Assembly (NCBI GenBank): GCA_027604505.1
Contig: JADIIX010000107.1
Coordinates: 1-64,000, forward strand
Origin: Gonapodya sp. JEL0774
Taxonomy: Eukaryota
Length of the DNA: 64,000 nucleotides
Direction of reading: 5' to 3'
Shown here: positions 36,362-49,855 of the stretch, piece by piece
Layout: every line of letters starts with the position of its first letter
Position numbering within the stretch: position 1 is the first letter of the stretch
Position numbers and translations under genes: made by a program
Notes under the pieces: model-generated
Databases searched by the model: none
What the model saw: the letters and a program-made list of their open reading frames with translations, nothing else
What the model was told of the DNA's origin: nothing

Positions 36362-37349
36362 ATTGTGTGTCACCAAATGATGTTTCCAAGATCTTTTTTG
36401 ATGCCAACGAATCTATTTGTCTGAGCGCTGCCAGGATGGAGGAATATGAATCTTGAGGATGATTTGCATTGATCCCCAGCCAACGATGCGGGCCTCGCTC
36501 CCGCTGAACCGCATTCACCATATCACTGCACTACAGCAAACATACGAGTGCTACAAAATGAGGCATTTGCTTCAGACCTTACCTTGCACTTGCATCTTTA
36601 CGGCTATAACTATTAACAACATTGTCAGTATTCTTGTTAGGCTGAGCCTTGCGGGTCTCATATTCTGCGGAAATCTGTTGCATTTGCGAAGTTCTCGCAC
36701 GCATACTTATCCCAGGTACACTTTTCGTATTGTACTACAAAGTGGACGACACCATAAATAAGTGGCAATATGGCTCGTGCACCGACCACCCACCACCTCC
36801 TCACCGACAACATCCATCGATCCAACCCCGGGACACACACAGGTCGGTTGAGATCGCATTCGTATCCATCCACACTCATCTCATTGCGGACACTTTCCCA
36901 TGCTCTGTTCTGCCCAACCAAACGAAACACCCACTCGTCTCCTCTTACTCCCCAATCCCCACACCAACTTCACATTCTCCGCTTATTCTTTATCCAGCCC
37001 CTCACATTCTCGGCACTTTTCGCCCAGTAAAAACGCATAATTGCGTGGTTCTATCACTCATCACATGTGCGTTCTTTATATTCGCTCCGGTCGATTGGAA
37101 GTGAGATTTGAATGATGCGGAAGGCCGACGTATTGATTCCAGTCCAAACTGGCTCTAGTCGTGTACGTGGAAGCGGGAACGGGATGAATGGAAAGGCCAG
37201 ACCCTGGAGTTTCCGGATATCCTTACTCTCCCTCCTTCCGCGAGTGTCTCCACTCTACTAACCACGTCCATCACCATCCACCCCACAACCCTCTCTGCCT
37301 CCCCTCAAAACCTCACAGTGAAGAAGCTGCCCTAGAACCCTCCCCAAAA

Positions 37350-38121
37350 ATGGCAGACGGAGATGTGGAAATCGGAGATGTTGAGGAGGCCCAAACCGCC
37401 GAGGATGTTGTCGAGGTCGCTGCTGAGTCCACCCCCGCTGGCGCCTCCATGTCCGTCGAAGAGGCACTCCAGGAGGTCCTCAAGCACTCCATGTACGTCG
37501 ACGGACTTGCCCGTGGCTTCCGTGAGACCGTCAAGGCCCTCGACAAGCGCCAGGCCCAGCTCTGCGTCCTCGCAGAGTCTCTCGACGACCCCCACGGCCC
37601 CGCCATGGTCAAGCTCATCGAGGCCCTCTGCACCGAGCACGGCGTCAAGTTGATTCGCGTGCCTGACCACATGAAGCTCGGCGAGTGGGTCGGCCTCTAC
37701 AAGCTAGACAAGGATGGTAACCCACGCAAGGTCGTCCGCTGCTCGTGCTGCGCTGTTCGCAACTTTGGCGAGGACTCCGCTGCCATGGCTGTGCTCCAGG
37801 AGGTGAGTTGTGTGTGTGTGAGATTGTGGTGTGTGTGCCTGTGGGCGCTAGTTGACCCGAAAATATGTGTTGGTGAGAGTTGGGCGAGATCAGACGAGCC
37901 ATTTTGCCTGGGACTGTGTTTTCAACGAAGTGATGGGTGAACTTTTGTTTCTTGCGCCTTCTAATTCGTGCTCATGGCACAGCGGGGGTGGGGATCGTGT
38001 GTGCACGGTGTCCTGCCGTCCCCATTCGTCTGTCGTCACCACAACAATTCCCACACCGCAAACACACTCTCACCATCCTGTACTCTCCTTTTATCCACCA
38101 CAGCACTTCAAGTCCCGCTAA
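37350..38121 (+). CDS. RPS12: 40S ribosomal protein S12 (eS12), two exons
   Basis: [43 protein letters not shown]...[10 protein letters not shown]...[25 protein letters not shown]. Intron 37803-38103, last exon HFKSR*. Strong C-ending codon bias. Confidence 0.97.
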
Positions 38122-38627
38122 ATCCATTGTGCCCGGATCACATGCTTCCCCACCTGAACCTCCCCATCTTCACACCCGCGCTTCATCAGGGACCTGCTCT
38201 TTTGGCGTTGCGTAGAAGTGTTATGTGTGGTTCGGCGTTGTGGTGTAGGGTTATGGTGGATAATATACGGGCAATTGCACTTACCGATGATTGCAGATCC
38301 AAAACTGCCAAACTCTGAAAGAACTGGTAGTGTGTGTTGGATGCACTGGTGCAAATGTGATCGCCTCTTATTATTATTATGTAAGTTATTGAGTGTCGAG
38401 GAGGTTCGCGAAGCACTCGCCATTCCCCACCACACGAACGACGGATGCGACCAACTAGGACAACGCAAGTGTGCTACTATGAACTACTGGGAGTTGAGAG
38501 GTGAGGATTTCCCATTTGTCTTTGATTCCAAGCTCGGGCCAGACTGGGGACGTTGAACAAGAAAGATTTCTTACCTCGCTTTCATTCCTGACCTCCACGA
38601 CGGCCTTCCTCCCCCTTTGCCTATCCC

Positions 38628-41237
38628 ATGGCGCGTTGCACTATGGTTCTCTACTTTGCTCTTGATGATGACCGTTTAGGTCGGCCGCGCCGTGTGTGTC
38701 TCCACCTGTCTTGGTTTTGAAAGGTCCCGATCACAGTCCCTGACCCTCGCGCATCTTTGGTTTCCGGCTTCGGAACCCCTTAGCGACGAAATTCGAAAAG
38801 CATACAGACGGAAAGCTCTAGAACTCGTACGTGGAAAGTGACTCGAGTGGAGTTTTGTTCCTCAAGCCTCGTTTCGCAGCACCCTCACCACATCATCCGG
38901 ACTTTCTCAGCACCCCGACAAGGTCCTCCATCGTGGTGACGAAGAAATTTCTGTGGAGGATGCGACCAAGCGGTTTGCAGAGATTCAGCATGCCTATGAG
39001 GTTCTTTCGGATGATAACGAGCGATCGTGGTGCGTAGTAGCCAGGAGTCGGTGCCGGCAAGCAGGGCGGAGGACTCGTTCATTGATAGATAGGGGAGAGC
39101 GTAGTCGCTCACTCGCAATTTAATTGGGTGGCAGTGGTGTTCATCGACTGCTTGAGGAGCCACAGACTTACTACGGTACTATCCCCATCCCTCGACTCTA
39201 GGTACGATGCGCACCGCCACGAAATTCTCCGCTCATCATCGTATGCAGCTCACCGTGCTGGCGAAGGTGGCGACGATGACGGCGACGAACTCAATCCGGA
39301 CGATCTTTCGGATGAGTACTCGGACGGCGAAGGCAACGGCGGGGGAGCATTTTCGTCCTTCTTTGGCCGCGCCAGTCAATCGTCGTCGAGCTCAAAAAAG
39401 CGCGCTCCGACTGGTCGTGGCATTCAAACGTCGGACCTCATGCCCCTCTTCTCGACCTCCTGCTTCTCCTCCTTCTCTGACGACGATCCGGAATCCTTCT
39501 TCGCCGTCTATAGTGAGTTCTTCCGCACTGTTGAGGAGGAAGAGTCCGAAGTGCGGCGGTATCGGTTGTGGCGAGAACGACACAAGAAACGCGACGACGA
39601 TTCGGACGAGGAGGACCCAGCGTGGGCGGACACCACTTTTGCCGAAAAAACTTCGTTTGGAAAAGGGACGGATGGATTTGAGTACTGTAGGGGGTTGTAC
39701 GACAAGTTCACTAATTTCACCACGTGCAAGGAGTTTCGGTGGTGCGACAAATGGAGGTTGAGCGAGGCGCCAGATAGGAGGGTGAGGAGGGCTATGGAAA
39801 AAGAGAATAAGAAGGCTAGAGATACGGCGAGGCAAGAGTACGTGAGCACAGGTGAGCGACTTTTGCGGGGTGCGAAGCGGATTGTGCCTCCACTTCACCG
39901 GTTTCCTTCCATACCACAAAGTCCGCCGCTTGGCCACTCAAATCCGCTCAATGGACCCCCGCTACAAAGTCTACCTCGCCACTCAACGCGCTCGAGCAGC
40001 CGAGCAACGCGCTGCTGCCGAGGCTGCCCGCAAGAGGGAGAAGCTTGAACGCGCGGACCGCGCCAAGTCGTACGTGGCGCCAGACTGGGCGCGAACCGAA
40101 TATGACGAGCTTGAAGCGTTGAGCCATGACGAGGCAGCCAAGGGGAGCGACGAGGACGACGAAGGCAGGTTTTGCGTAGCTTGTGACAGGTCGTTTGCCA
40201 GTGCACGGGCGTGGAGGAAGCATGAGGGGACGAAGTCGCATAAGAAGAACATGGAAGATTTGACAAGGATTATGAGAGAAGAAGATCAAGAAATGGGCGA
40301 TTTGGAGCATGCTGAGTTGGACGAGGCAAAGGCGAAGAGTGACGATGACGCGGACGAGGAGGACGTGTTCGAGGACGCACTTGAAGAAGTGAAAGTGGGC
40401 ACGGAAGCTTTGGGACTGAATGATGGTACCATTTCGAACTCGGACGACGTATCAGAAGCGACCGGGATTGTCAACGGTGGCGATCGGACCTCCCGCTCAA
40501 AGAAAAAGAAACGAAAAGCCAAGAACGCCGCTTTGGACACAGCTGTTGAGAATTCAGAAGCATCGCCATCTGCTTCTGCTTCCGGTGGAAGGAATCGAAA
40601 ACGTGGTGTTGGTGGTGCGAAGCTGGAGAAACCCGTGTCTCGCACCGGGTCCCCCACAAATGCCGCTGATACTCCCGCAACTCTTGACGGTGCGCCACGT
40701 GTAGCTCAGTCGGAACCGGACGATGTTCGTCGTGCTGCTCGGATGGCCGCGTTCCGGGCTGGTATGGATGACGGTGATTATGACGAACGGGATGGGTTTG
40801 ATGGGGAAAATATTACTACCAGCGGTGTTGTGGAGAGAAGTGGAACACTGCCTAGTGCATCTGCATCACATGTAACGGACTTCTCGCCAGTTCCTTCGAC
40901 TGGGCTACCTGCTGGTGCCGATGATTCAGACTCATCGATTCACAGGGAGAAGCGGGGGAAGAAGAAGGGACGGATAAAAAAGGGTACTTCGCAGACATTG
41001 AGACCAACCGTGGTTCTGGCGGCGTCGGTGGCACCGGTTCCTCCGCCTTCCGTTTCGTCAGAGGCGACGAGTTGGCGGTGCAACGTGTGCGTGGCTGAGT
41101 TCCCTACACGGAACCAACTCTTCACGCATGTGAAAAAAAATGGACATGCGGTTGCCGTGCCCGTGCCTTTGGCTGGTGGCGTCGGAAAGATGGAAGACGC
41201 TGGGACGGGTAAGAAAGGTAAGAGGGGAAAGAAGTGA
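38628..41237 (+). CDS. JJJ1: J-domain co-chaperone with C2H2 zinc fingers (Jjj1/DNAJC21), multi-exon
   Basis: EIRKAYRRKALEL/HPDK...FAEIQHAYEVLSDDNERSW/YDAHR, EAPDRRVRRAMEKENKKARD, DPRY, CVACDRSF...HEGTKSH, CNVCVAEFPTRNQLFTHVKKNGH. The first exon is uncertain. Confidence 0.92.
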
Positions 41238-41414
41238 TCAGGCAGCTTTCGTAAAAACCTTCCATGTGTAGTGACATCACTATCTAGACTCTGTAATAGT
41301 CATTAGAACACATGGCACACTGAGGAAAAAATTTTCAATTTTTCGTTGTTGCAGTTATTCGATGTTGTTGCAGTGGCGGTTGTGCCGTCATGCCGGACTC
41401 TATCAGACCCTCCA

Positions 41415-43297
41415 ATGACCTCTAATCGAATCACTGACTATGCGCCTTTCATATCGAAGCGCAGCGCTGCCCGGAAGCCATCTGCCGTTCGCGCTTTGCA
41501 GCCGTTGCTTGCGATCCCCGGAATGGTTTGTTCTTCCACAAACGAGCAGAATTCATCAACTGGATCGTCCTTCAAAGAGTGTTGACGCTTTTCTGCTCTT
41601 TGATTGTCGCTAGATCTCCCTCGGAGGCGGTTACCCAGATACCGCAACCTTTCCATTCGAGTCAGTGTCGATGAAGCTTAAGACCGGTGAAACGCTCGAG
41701 ATTGGAAAGGAGGATATGGCAAAGGTGCTCCAATACAACTCAACAGTATGTCTTGGATTGGGCTCAAAGTTTCGGAAAGATCGGCAGATGCCCACTCAGA
41801 AGGTCTCAAATGAACTACAACTGGAAAACGTGTATTCGCAACCCAGGCTGGCCTTCCCAACCTTGTCACCTGGTTACGAGATCTTCAGATTATATTGCAT
41901 AAACCTCCTCTCGCTGACATCGAATGGGATATTTGCGTGACGACAGGGAGTCAGGATGGGCTTTCAAAGGCGTTCGAGATGCTTCTCGAACCAGGCGACC
42001 CAGTACTTATGGAAACGCCCGCATATTCCGGAGTTTTATCTATTTTGAGACCGATGGGGGTACAGTTTGTGGGTGAGCTGAGAGTGCTGAGATGCAGGGA
42101 TGTGCACCTCTCAGCACCGTTTCACTGGTCATCTGCAGAGTGCCCCGCGGATTCAGATGGCCTCAACCCATCGGATCTTCGCCGAATTCTCTCCACTTGG
42201 CCTTCCTCGAAAGGTCCCCGTCCGCGAGTTCTTTATACTGTACCAGAAGGAGGGAACCCTACCGGTCTATCAACCACGTGGGAGAGGAAAAAGGAGGTTT
42301 ACTCAGTCTGCTCGGAGTTTGGTGTAATAATTTTGGAGGATGGTGGGTGGGGCTGTCGTTAGAACCTGCTGTAGAGGTTTATCTGGGAAGGGTGGAGCGC
42401 AGTTTTCCCGCTCATCCATCCGAAGTTTGGTCTTAATCAGAGGATTTTATCTGGGTTTGCTAGCAGTGTGCTTTTCGTTACATCCTGTTATCACCCTTTC
42501 TCGTCATTTCTTCTTCCGATCAATTCAGATCCCTACTACCTCCTCCAGTTCTGCGACCCTCCCAAACCATCTTACTTGTCGATTGATGGTGAAGGCAGGG
42601 TACTACGATTCGATTCCTTCTCGAAAGTATTGAGTAGCGGGATACGAGTGGGATGGTGCACTGGACCAAAACCGTTGATTGAAAGGATTGTGTTGCATGG
42701 ACAGGTGAAGGCGAGACAAGAATGGTGGTGCGCTGCGACACCGACCAAACTGACTGCTTTTGCAATTGTGAAGGCATCCAACCTCCACCCATCCAATCTC
42801 TCTCAACAGCTTGTGGCATCGTACCTCGCCCACCTCGGTCATTCCGCTTACCTTGCCCACGCTCGGACCGTCCGGGATCACTACTCACACAAGCGAGATG
42901 CATTCATTCGCCTTGCGGAGAGGCACCTCGGTGGGGCGAACATGGCGGCAGAGTGGGTGGAGCCAAAGGCAGGAATGTTCGTCTGGTTGAAACTTGTGGG
43001 AATTAAGGATTCGGGGAAACTGGTTAGGGAGAAGGCTGTGGAGAGAAAAGTTCTTTTATTGCCGGGTGAAGTGAGTGTGCGGTATTTATTTTTATTATGT
43101 TCGAGGGTGTTGAACAAGACTGCGGTTCTTGCGGGACACGTCAGGAATTCATTCCAAATGGAGGTCCGACCCCTTATGTTCGGGCCGCATTTTCAACTGC
43201 ATCCGAGAGTCAGATGGACGAAGCGCTCAAAAGGTTGGGTGAGCTTGTCCGAACGGAGAGGGAGGCAGACCCTGCGACAGAAAAAGCAAATTCGTAG
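41415..43297 (+). CDS. PLP-dependent class I aminotransferase (kynurenine/alpha-aminoadipate/aromatic, AADAT/Aro8-like), multi-exon
   Basis: RKPSAVRALQP, ISLGGGYP, VTTGSQDGLSK, LYTVPEGGNPTG, ILED/DPYY, RFDSFSKVLSSGIRVG (PLP lysine), PKAGMFVW, YVRAAFS. Confidence 0.92.
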
Positions 43298-43658
43298 AAC
43301 CAGCTGCATATTAAAACTACAGATCAAGACTACCGAACTGTTCCCCATTACTTGGAAAGACAAGTCCACATGGTTGTCCTTCCAGGTTTAGTGCATAGCT
43401 AGTTGTTGAACTCACACAACGGCGAGTCACCAGAAGCCCCCTGTACCCGGCATTCACAGCTTTGATTTATGTACTACCAAACCCGTTCAGGATTCTGAGT
43501 TGGATGTAATAGAAAATTCTTTCCTCTACACTCATCGAACCTCGAAATATACCTTCATGGCTCCCTCCAGGCTGTTACTGTATGTAGACTCGTGAGGTGA
43601 CAAGAGGCACAGCATTTTATTGAACAACAGCCGAATACAAGAACCCACAAGAATCTCA

Positions 43659-45734
43659 ATGCCCACCCCCTCGGGACCGATTGCAATACCGGCACCATCG
43701 CGCCCATCGACGGACGATCCTCATCCTGTTGCGAGAACTCCGTCTTTCCCGTTGGGTGGGAGTTCTCTGGACACCCTCTCAACATCTCCTGCTCACAGAC
43801 GAACAAAATCTCTGAGACCGTTTGAGACTTCAGAAATCAAGATTCTTTTGGTGGAAAACGTTTCACAGACGGCCGTCAACCTCTTCAAAGCTGCTGGATA
43901 CCAGGTGAGAAACTCTCGTTGGAATATTTGAGATGTTCGCGAGACCTCGAGGAAGCCACAAATCCAGCCGGAGCTATTTTTACTCCCATCGGCGTGTTGT
44001 GGCCGTTCCAAGCCTCCAGCAGAGTTTTGAGATGGTTTCGTGGATCTCGCTACATTGGAAGCAACTCTCTGGCTTAGCTATTCTAATCAGTTTTTGCTGC
44101 TCTCTCTGCAGGTCGAACACCACGTCAAAGCCCTCCCCCCCTCCGACCTCATCAATAAACTTAAGAATGGTGGATTCCATGCTCTCGGCATCCGGAGCAA
44201 AACAAACCTCACTGCGGAAGTTTTGAGACACGCCAGCAAGTTACTGGTTGTTGGTTGCTTTTGCATTGGGACGAATCAGGTGGACTTGGAATATGCGGCG
44301 ACACATGGGGTGCGTACCAGTGGCATCCTCTCCTTCGGGTCCAGGATGGTACAGGGAGTCACACGTGACCAACATTGGAGGGGCGGAACTGATTTCGCTT
44401 GAATTTGCAATGAGATTCTTGCCGGTACTTTGAACTAAACCCTGTTGCTGGTCTTTCTCTGCAGATTGCTGTTTTTAATTCCCCCTTCAGTAATACCCGA
44501 TCAGTCGCTGAGATGGTCGTCGGGGAAATGATTGCGCTGGCCAGGCAACTGGGGGACAGGAATAGGGAGATGGCAGGTGGTGTCTGGAACAAGGCGAGTG
44601 AATGCCCGTAGTGTATAATTTTTCGGCCACATTCTCGCAAAATTACAAGCCATTGTCCTTCAGGTCTCTTCACCCTGCTACGAACTCCGTGGCAAGCGCC
44701 TCGGCATCGTCGGCTATGGCCATATTGGGTCCCAGTTATCCGTTCTCGCCGAAGCAATGGGTTTGCAAGTGTTCGCCTACGATGTTGTCCAACGTGTGCA
44801 ACTGGGCGCAGCCCGGACATGCACAACCCTCGAGGAGCTTCTGAAGTCAGCGGATTTCGTGACACTACATGTTCCCGAGACCCCTGAGACGAAGAATATG
44901 ATTGGCGCCAGGGAGATTTCGCTGATGAAGAAAGGATCGTATTTGATTAACGCCAGTCGTGGTACAGTTGTTGACCTCAAAGCGCTGTCAATAGCACTCA
45001 AGGAAGGGCACTTGGCCGGTGCAGCAGTAGATGTGTTTCCGGTGGAGCCGGCGGCTAACGGCAAAGGTTTTGAAACGGAGTTGATCGGATGCCCAAATAC
45101 GATCTTGACGCCGCACATAGGTGGGTGAACAGAAAGTAAGGAGAGGGGGGTGCTGATGACGATGGAACTATGGAAACTCAACCCCGCTGTGCCTGCCCAA
45201 AATCTCTCATCCACCCCTGTCCTGTCGTCGCCTACAAGGTGGCTCCACCGAAGAAGCTCAATCAGCCATTGGTATTGAAGTTGCCACCGCACTCACAAAG
45301 TACCTCAACTCAGCTTCGACCGCTGGATCGGTCAACTTCCCTGAGGTAGATCTGCGACCTCCCCATGAAGGTACCCAGGCCGTAAGGGTAGTAAATGTAC
45401 ATCGTAATGTGCCGGGGGTGTTGAAGGTAGGAGTTTGTGCTCATGCTTCGCACAGCAGCCATTCTAATCGGCTCTTGACGTTGCATCCCGTCTAGCAAAT
45501 TAACAAAATCCTCTCTGAATATCAAATTGACAAGCAGACTTGTGATTCGCGAGGCGAGGTCGCATACCTTGTTGCTGACATAACGCTTGACCGTGAGACT
45601 GAGCTTGGGAAGATCAGCAAGGCTATTACGGAGATTAGGTACGTCTGCATGTTTTTGTTTGTGAATCGCATGTCTGAGACAGAAAACGGATTGGAATTCA
45701 CAGCGAGAATCTTCTCACACGTCTGCTGTATTGA
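43659..45734 (+). CDS. SER3: D-3-phosphoglycerate dehydrogenase, multi-exon
   Basis: LRPFETSEIKILLVENVS, LGIRSKT, GCFCIGTNQVDL, NSPFSNTRSVAE, LGIVGYGHIGSQL, LINASRG, TPHIG/GSTEEAQ, C-terminal ACT domain ending TRLLY*. Confidence 0.96.
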
Positions 45735-46125
45735 ATTTAGTGCTCTTTCGTCCAGTGTGGTGTTTAGTCGAACATACAGAAAAAGTCTAGCATTTCAGAG
45801 TTTTCTACAGATAGAGCAGTACATGTGCAAGTATAGAATATTGTGAAAGACAATTCGACTGCAGGTTTCGTTTGGAGATCTGCATGTGCCGAGAACTCCC
45901 GTGTTGCGGAGTGCATGATTGACCAGAGCAACGCTCGAGAGAAGAGTGAGAGGATGAGGCAAGTAACGAACGGATATACGGATGGCAGCCAGGGTGCATT
46001 GACTGGAACTGCCAAATGGGGGATCGCTGACTGGGATTCGCGGACGGGATATGGCAGAACTGACGCCGTTTGCGCCGACGGACACGAATCCGCCCAGTGC
46101 CTGGCGGAAACTTATTTGACATTCA

Positions 46126-49100
46126 ATGGAGGCTTCGATGTAGTCGATAATCATTGATTGTTTCTCGTATCTCCCCACCTGAATCGGTCTCTTCTACCAC
46201 CTGTCTCGGATCGCCTTGCTCACCTACACATTAGCACCTAAAGCGTTCGGGCTTTTGTGCGCTTGAGACCACTAAGTCCCTCCGAAACTCGCATTGCGAA
46301 AGGGACTTGGATGTTGGAATTTCTTCTGTTAAACTTTCGGGGAAGACTTTCGAGGTTGATCATATATTCGGCGAACACATCGAGCCAGCAAAAATCTTCT
46401 CTGAAGCCGCTCGGGACCTCGTGGAGTCCATTTTGGAAGGGCACAACTCAGCTCAGCTCCGTTATGGCGAGGTGGGTCTTCGACTGTGGGATTTGCACAC
46501 TATGTGCACGAACGTCAATTTGTCAATCGTTGTGAACTGAAACAATTTTGCATCAATATGGCATCAAAGACTGGCTCTGGAAAGACGTACACTATGCTAG
46601 GTCAAACAGAAGAATCCACCAAGAGCAACAAACCTGGTATCATTCCCATGTCGTAAGAGCAATCGCTTTACGCTCAGACAATGAACCCAAACGGAAGGCG
46701 ACTCAAACGTGTAGGATTGATTGTCTATTCGAAGAACTCCGGAAACGTACCGCTCACAGCGTGGAATACACCGTACGACTCTCATTCGTGGAAATCTACA
46801 ACGAGTGACCCCGAGACCTCCTCGGACCGGTCCCGCAGCTGGGGGGGAAATTGCACCCACTCAGAGTTCGAGATGGTGGCCCGCATGGACCGTGTATACC
46901 AGGTGATTTCACCAAGAAAGATGCGTCCGTATCACCAATGTTTGCGATGCATCCTTTCCGCATAGAATGCACCATCACTGAGTGTCCAACAGCCACTCAG
47001 GCTCACGCCTTAGTTGCACAGGGTGCACACCGCCGAGAAGTCGCTGAAACAGAACAGAACAGGACCTCGTCACGCTTCCACGCAATTCTGACTTTACATT
47101 TAGAGGAAGTAAAAATGCTCGGGCAGGTTCGACAGGTCACGAGTAGTAAGTTACATTTGGTTGATCTGGCATGAAGTTTAACTTGGTGTCCGTTCGCGTC
47201 ACCGTCTTGAGATCCGAAGCTCTTGCCACTGCAGGGCTCAGAGGATCCCACCAATCTCACTCCCGGCCAGGTGCAAGAATCTGGCAAGATTAAGAACGGA
47301 ATATTTTGTCTCTGCCGGCTCATTAGCTCCCGCCAGAATTCGCTGCCTGTCAATGCCCGTGATTCGCCTTTAACCCGTCTGCTTAAGGACGCTCTGGTAG
47401 GAAGCGGCAACTGCCAGCTTTCAATTATGGGCTGTGTCGCTCTTTCAAGAAACGCTTTGAAAGATAGTGAGCTGTGACGAGTTACTCGTCGAAGTTGTTT
47501 GTAATTGCGATGAACCCTCTGCTTTGCTGTCCAGCAATTAGGACACTCGAGGACGTCCAAACGTGCCGACAAAGGAAAAAGGTACTCACGCGAAATATTA
47601 CTCATGAAGGTGGGCAATCGGTTGATGTTCGACACCCAGACTTTCTTGTAACACGAACAAACAGTTGCCACATTTAGCAGAGAGTCCGTCGAACAGCTCA
47701 CAGAAGTGATGCAGCGCGAAAAGATGCGATATGAGGAGCAGCACATACGAGATATGAGGGAGATGATTGCGTATTTGCACTAGGATCAGCTCCAGGTTGC
47801 ACCAGACGGAGTGAGTTCCTTGGCACAAGAATCATTCATCTGTTACCGAAAATATGAATACCCAGCCTTTGATCTTCATGCAACGGATAAAGGACTATCC
47901 GATAGCTCCCCACAAATCGAGCTTCGCCCAAACTCCACTCCGCCGCGGTCCTGTGACACCGTGTCGGGCACTTTTTCAAACTCCCGGTGGCATCAAGGGT
48001 GGTCCACGTATTCGCGTGCCCACAGATCTGATCGAAGGCAGAAGCAATTTGCTTGGTGGGTTTTCTGTGCGAACTCCCACTAGAAGTGCTTTGCCCAGAA
48101 CCACCCGAAGCGTCCTTGAACGGGCTCCCGTAGATGATGCGCCCTTGAAAAGACAAAACGAGGAGCTGATGGCGAAGATTGAAGAATCTCAGCACGAAAT
48201 TCATCGACTTCAAGACCCTTTGGCTTTTGCTGGGGAATCTCAAGATTCTGCGTCAGGCAATCTCGATAACCTACAAGATATGTGTGAAACTCTGGAACGG
48301 CTATTATTGGAGAAAGATGCGACGCGCGTGGAGGTTGCAGAGAGATGTGCAGTGCTCACGACGACCCTTGTCAACTGGGAAGAGGAACTTGCATGCATCA
48401 GACGTGAATCGGAAGTGGAGAGGATTGAACGTCCGTTTGAAGCTGCAAGTCGTGCTGCTGAGAGTGAGCAACGAAAGCGTATAATAGCGGAGAACCAACT
48501 TACCGCGAATGAGAGCGCTTTGAAATTCTGACCGAGAAGGTCAAGGATAAACAACAGAAGGTGCGTACATCGTGCTCACTACCCGGTTGATGACTGTCCA
48601 ACATATGTGTGCGTCGTACTGCAAGGTATTAAAACTCGAGGATGCAGAGATGGTGTACCGTATTGTCAGCTCACGAAACTTGGAACTTGGTGTAATGCTA
48701 AAAGAGGCTCAAGCAAACACTAAGCGCTTAACGTCCGAGGTCTACGAGTACAAGAAAAAAGTTTTGGAACTGAGCGATTATATGTTAACACAGTCTTCGC
48801 TGTTGGAACAATCGGTAGGCGTCAAGACGTCCTTGCGTTCATCACTACGTGGTCTAATCTGCCCCGTACAGAGGACAACCGTGGAGAAACTGCAAGCACT
48901 AATTGCTTCAAGATGAACTCAATTGTAAGGACAGGCTCATTTCCCAACTGACGATCGACAACAACAGATTACGTCAGAAAGAAGGTGAACTTCAGAGAGC
49001 TCTATATAAGTTGGCGGAGGGCCCACTTTTGAAGCACTTTACCGAGGAGGAAGCCAGGTTCAGTGAAACACAACAAAAATTGGCGGACGCCATCAGGGAA

Positions 49101-49855
49101 ATAGACCGCCTAAAGGAAATGGAGTCACAACTCGGGGAGATCCAGGGGCGCTTCCACGAATCCAGAGATCCGCTCAATAGGGCTGCGGATGCTTTGGAGA
49201 ACGAGCGAGGAACATATTACAAGGAGACGGCAGTCCTCCGAGATGAGAACATCAAACTGCAGCGCGGCACTGAGCGGCTTCGCCTGAAACTACGATCTTT
49301 TAGAAGAGAGAGGGACGGTAAGACTCCTGGGCTTCTGTACGATGCGGCTGTGCAAGTGAAACGGCTCAAGCGCGAGCTTCATCAATCTGAAATTGATAAA
49401 GAAGTGGCCCAGAAGTCATGTTTGGCGCTCGAGAGTGAGATCTCGCAACTTCGGAAGCAGACTCTCAAAATGCAGAAGAAAGTGAGGGACATATGATGTT
49501 CCAACTGTGAGCGCGACAGTTGCACTAAATTTTTTAGCCTTGCCAGCTGGAAGAATCCGAACTTTCCTTTGAAGCCAAGCATTTGTACGCGTCTCTTCTC
49601 CTTGCAAACAACGATAAACTCGAAAAAAAGCTAAGTGACCTGCAAATAGATCTCAAAGAAGTGAAGAAGGAGCAGGAGAAAAGAGGAGTCGAAACTCCCA
49701 CGGCAAAATCTGACTGGTCCCAAAGCACATTTGCGAAGAAGGAGAACTTTTCTGGAAAGGGCAAGGTGGCCGCAGTAAGTTCGTTATGTTCTCAATTGAA
49801 TAAATCGGTGCTCAAAATCGTGAATGGTTTTCTGAAGCAGCAGAAATTGCAATAA
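46126..49855 (+). CDS. Divergent N-terminal kinesin with long coiled coil; possibly defective
   Basis: MEASI/VRAFVRLRPL, FEVDHIF, YGE/TGSGKTYTM, LSFVEIYNE, NRTSSRFHAI, LHLVDLA / GSE, RDSPLTRLLKDAL, followed by coiled-coil exons. The splice donor after DLA is non-canonical and the 3' end is approximate. Confidence 0.8.

Noticed and set aside
37803..38103. Intronic snoRNA in the RPS12 intron
   Set aside because: Only an imperfect C-box-like GTGATGG was seen, with no convincing D box or terminal stem. An Infernal/snoscan search would be needed.
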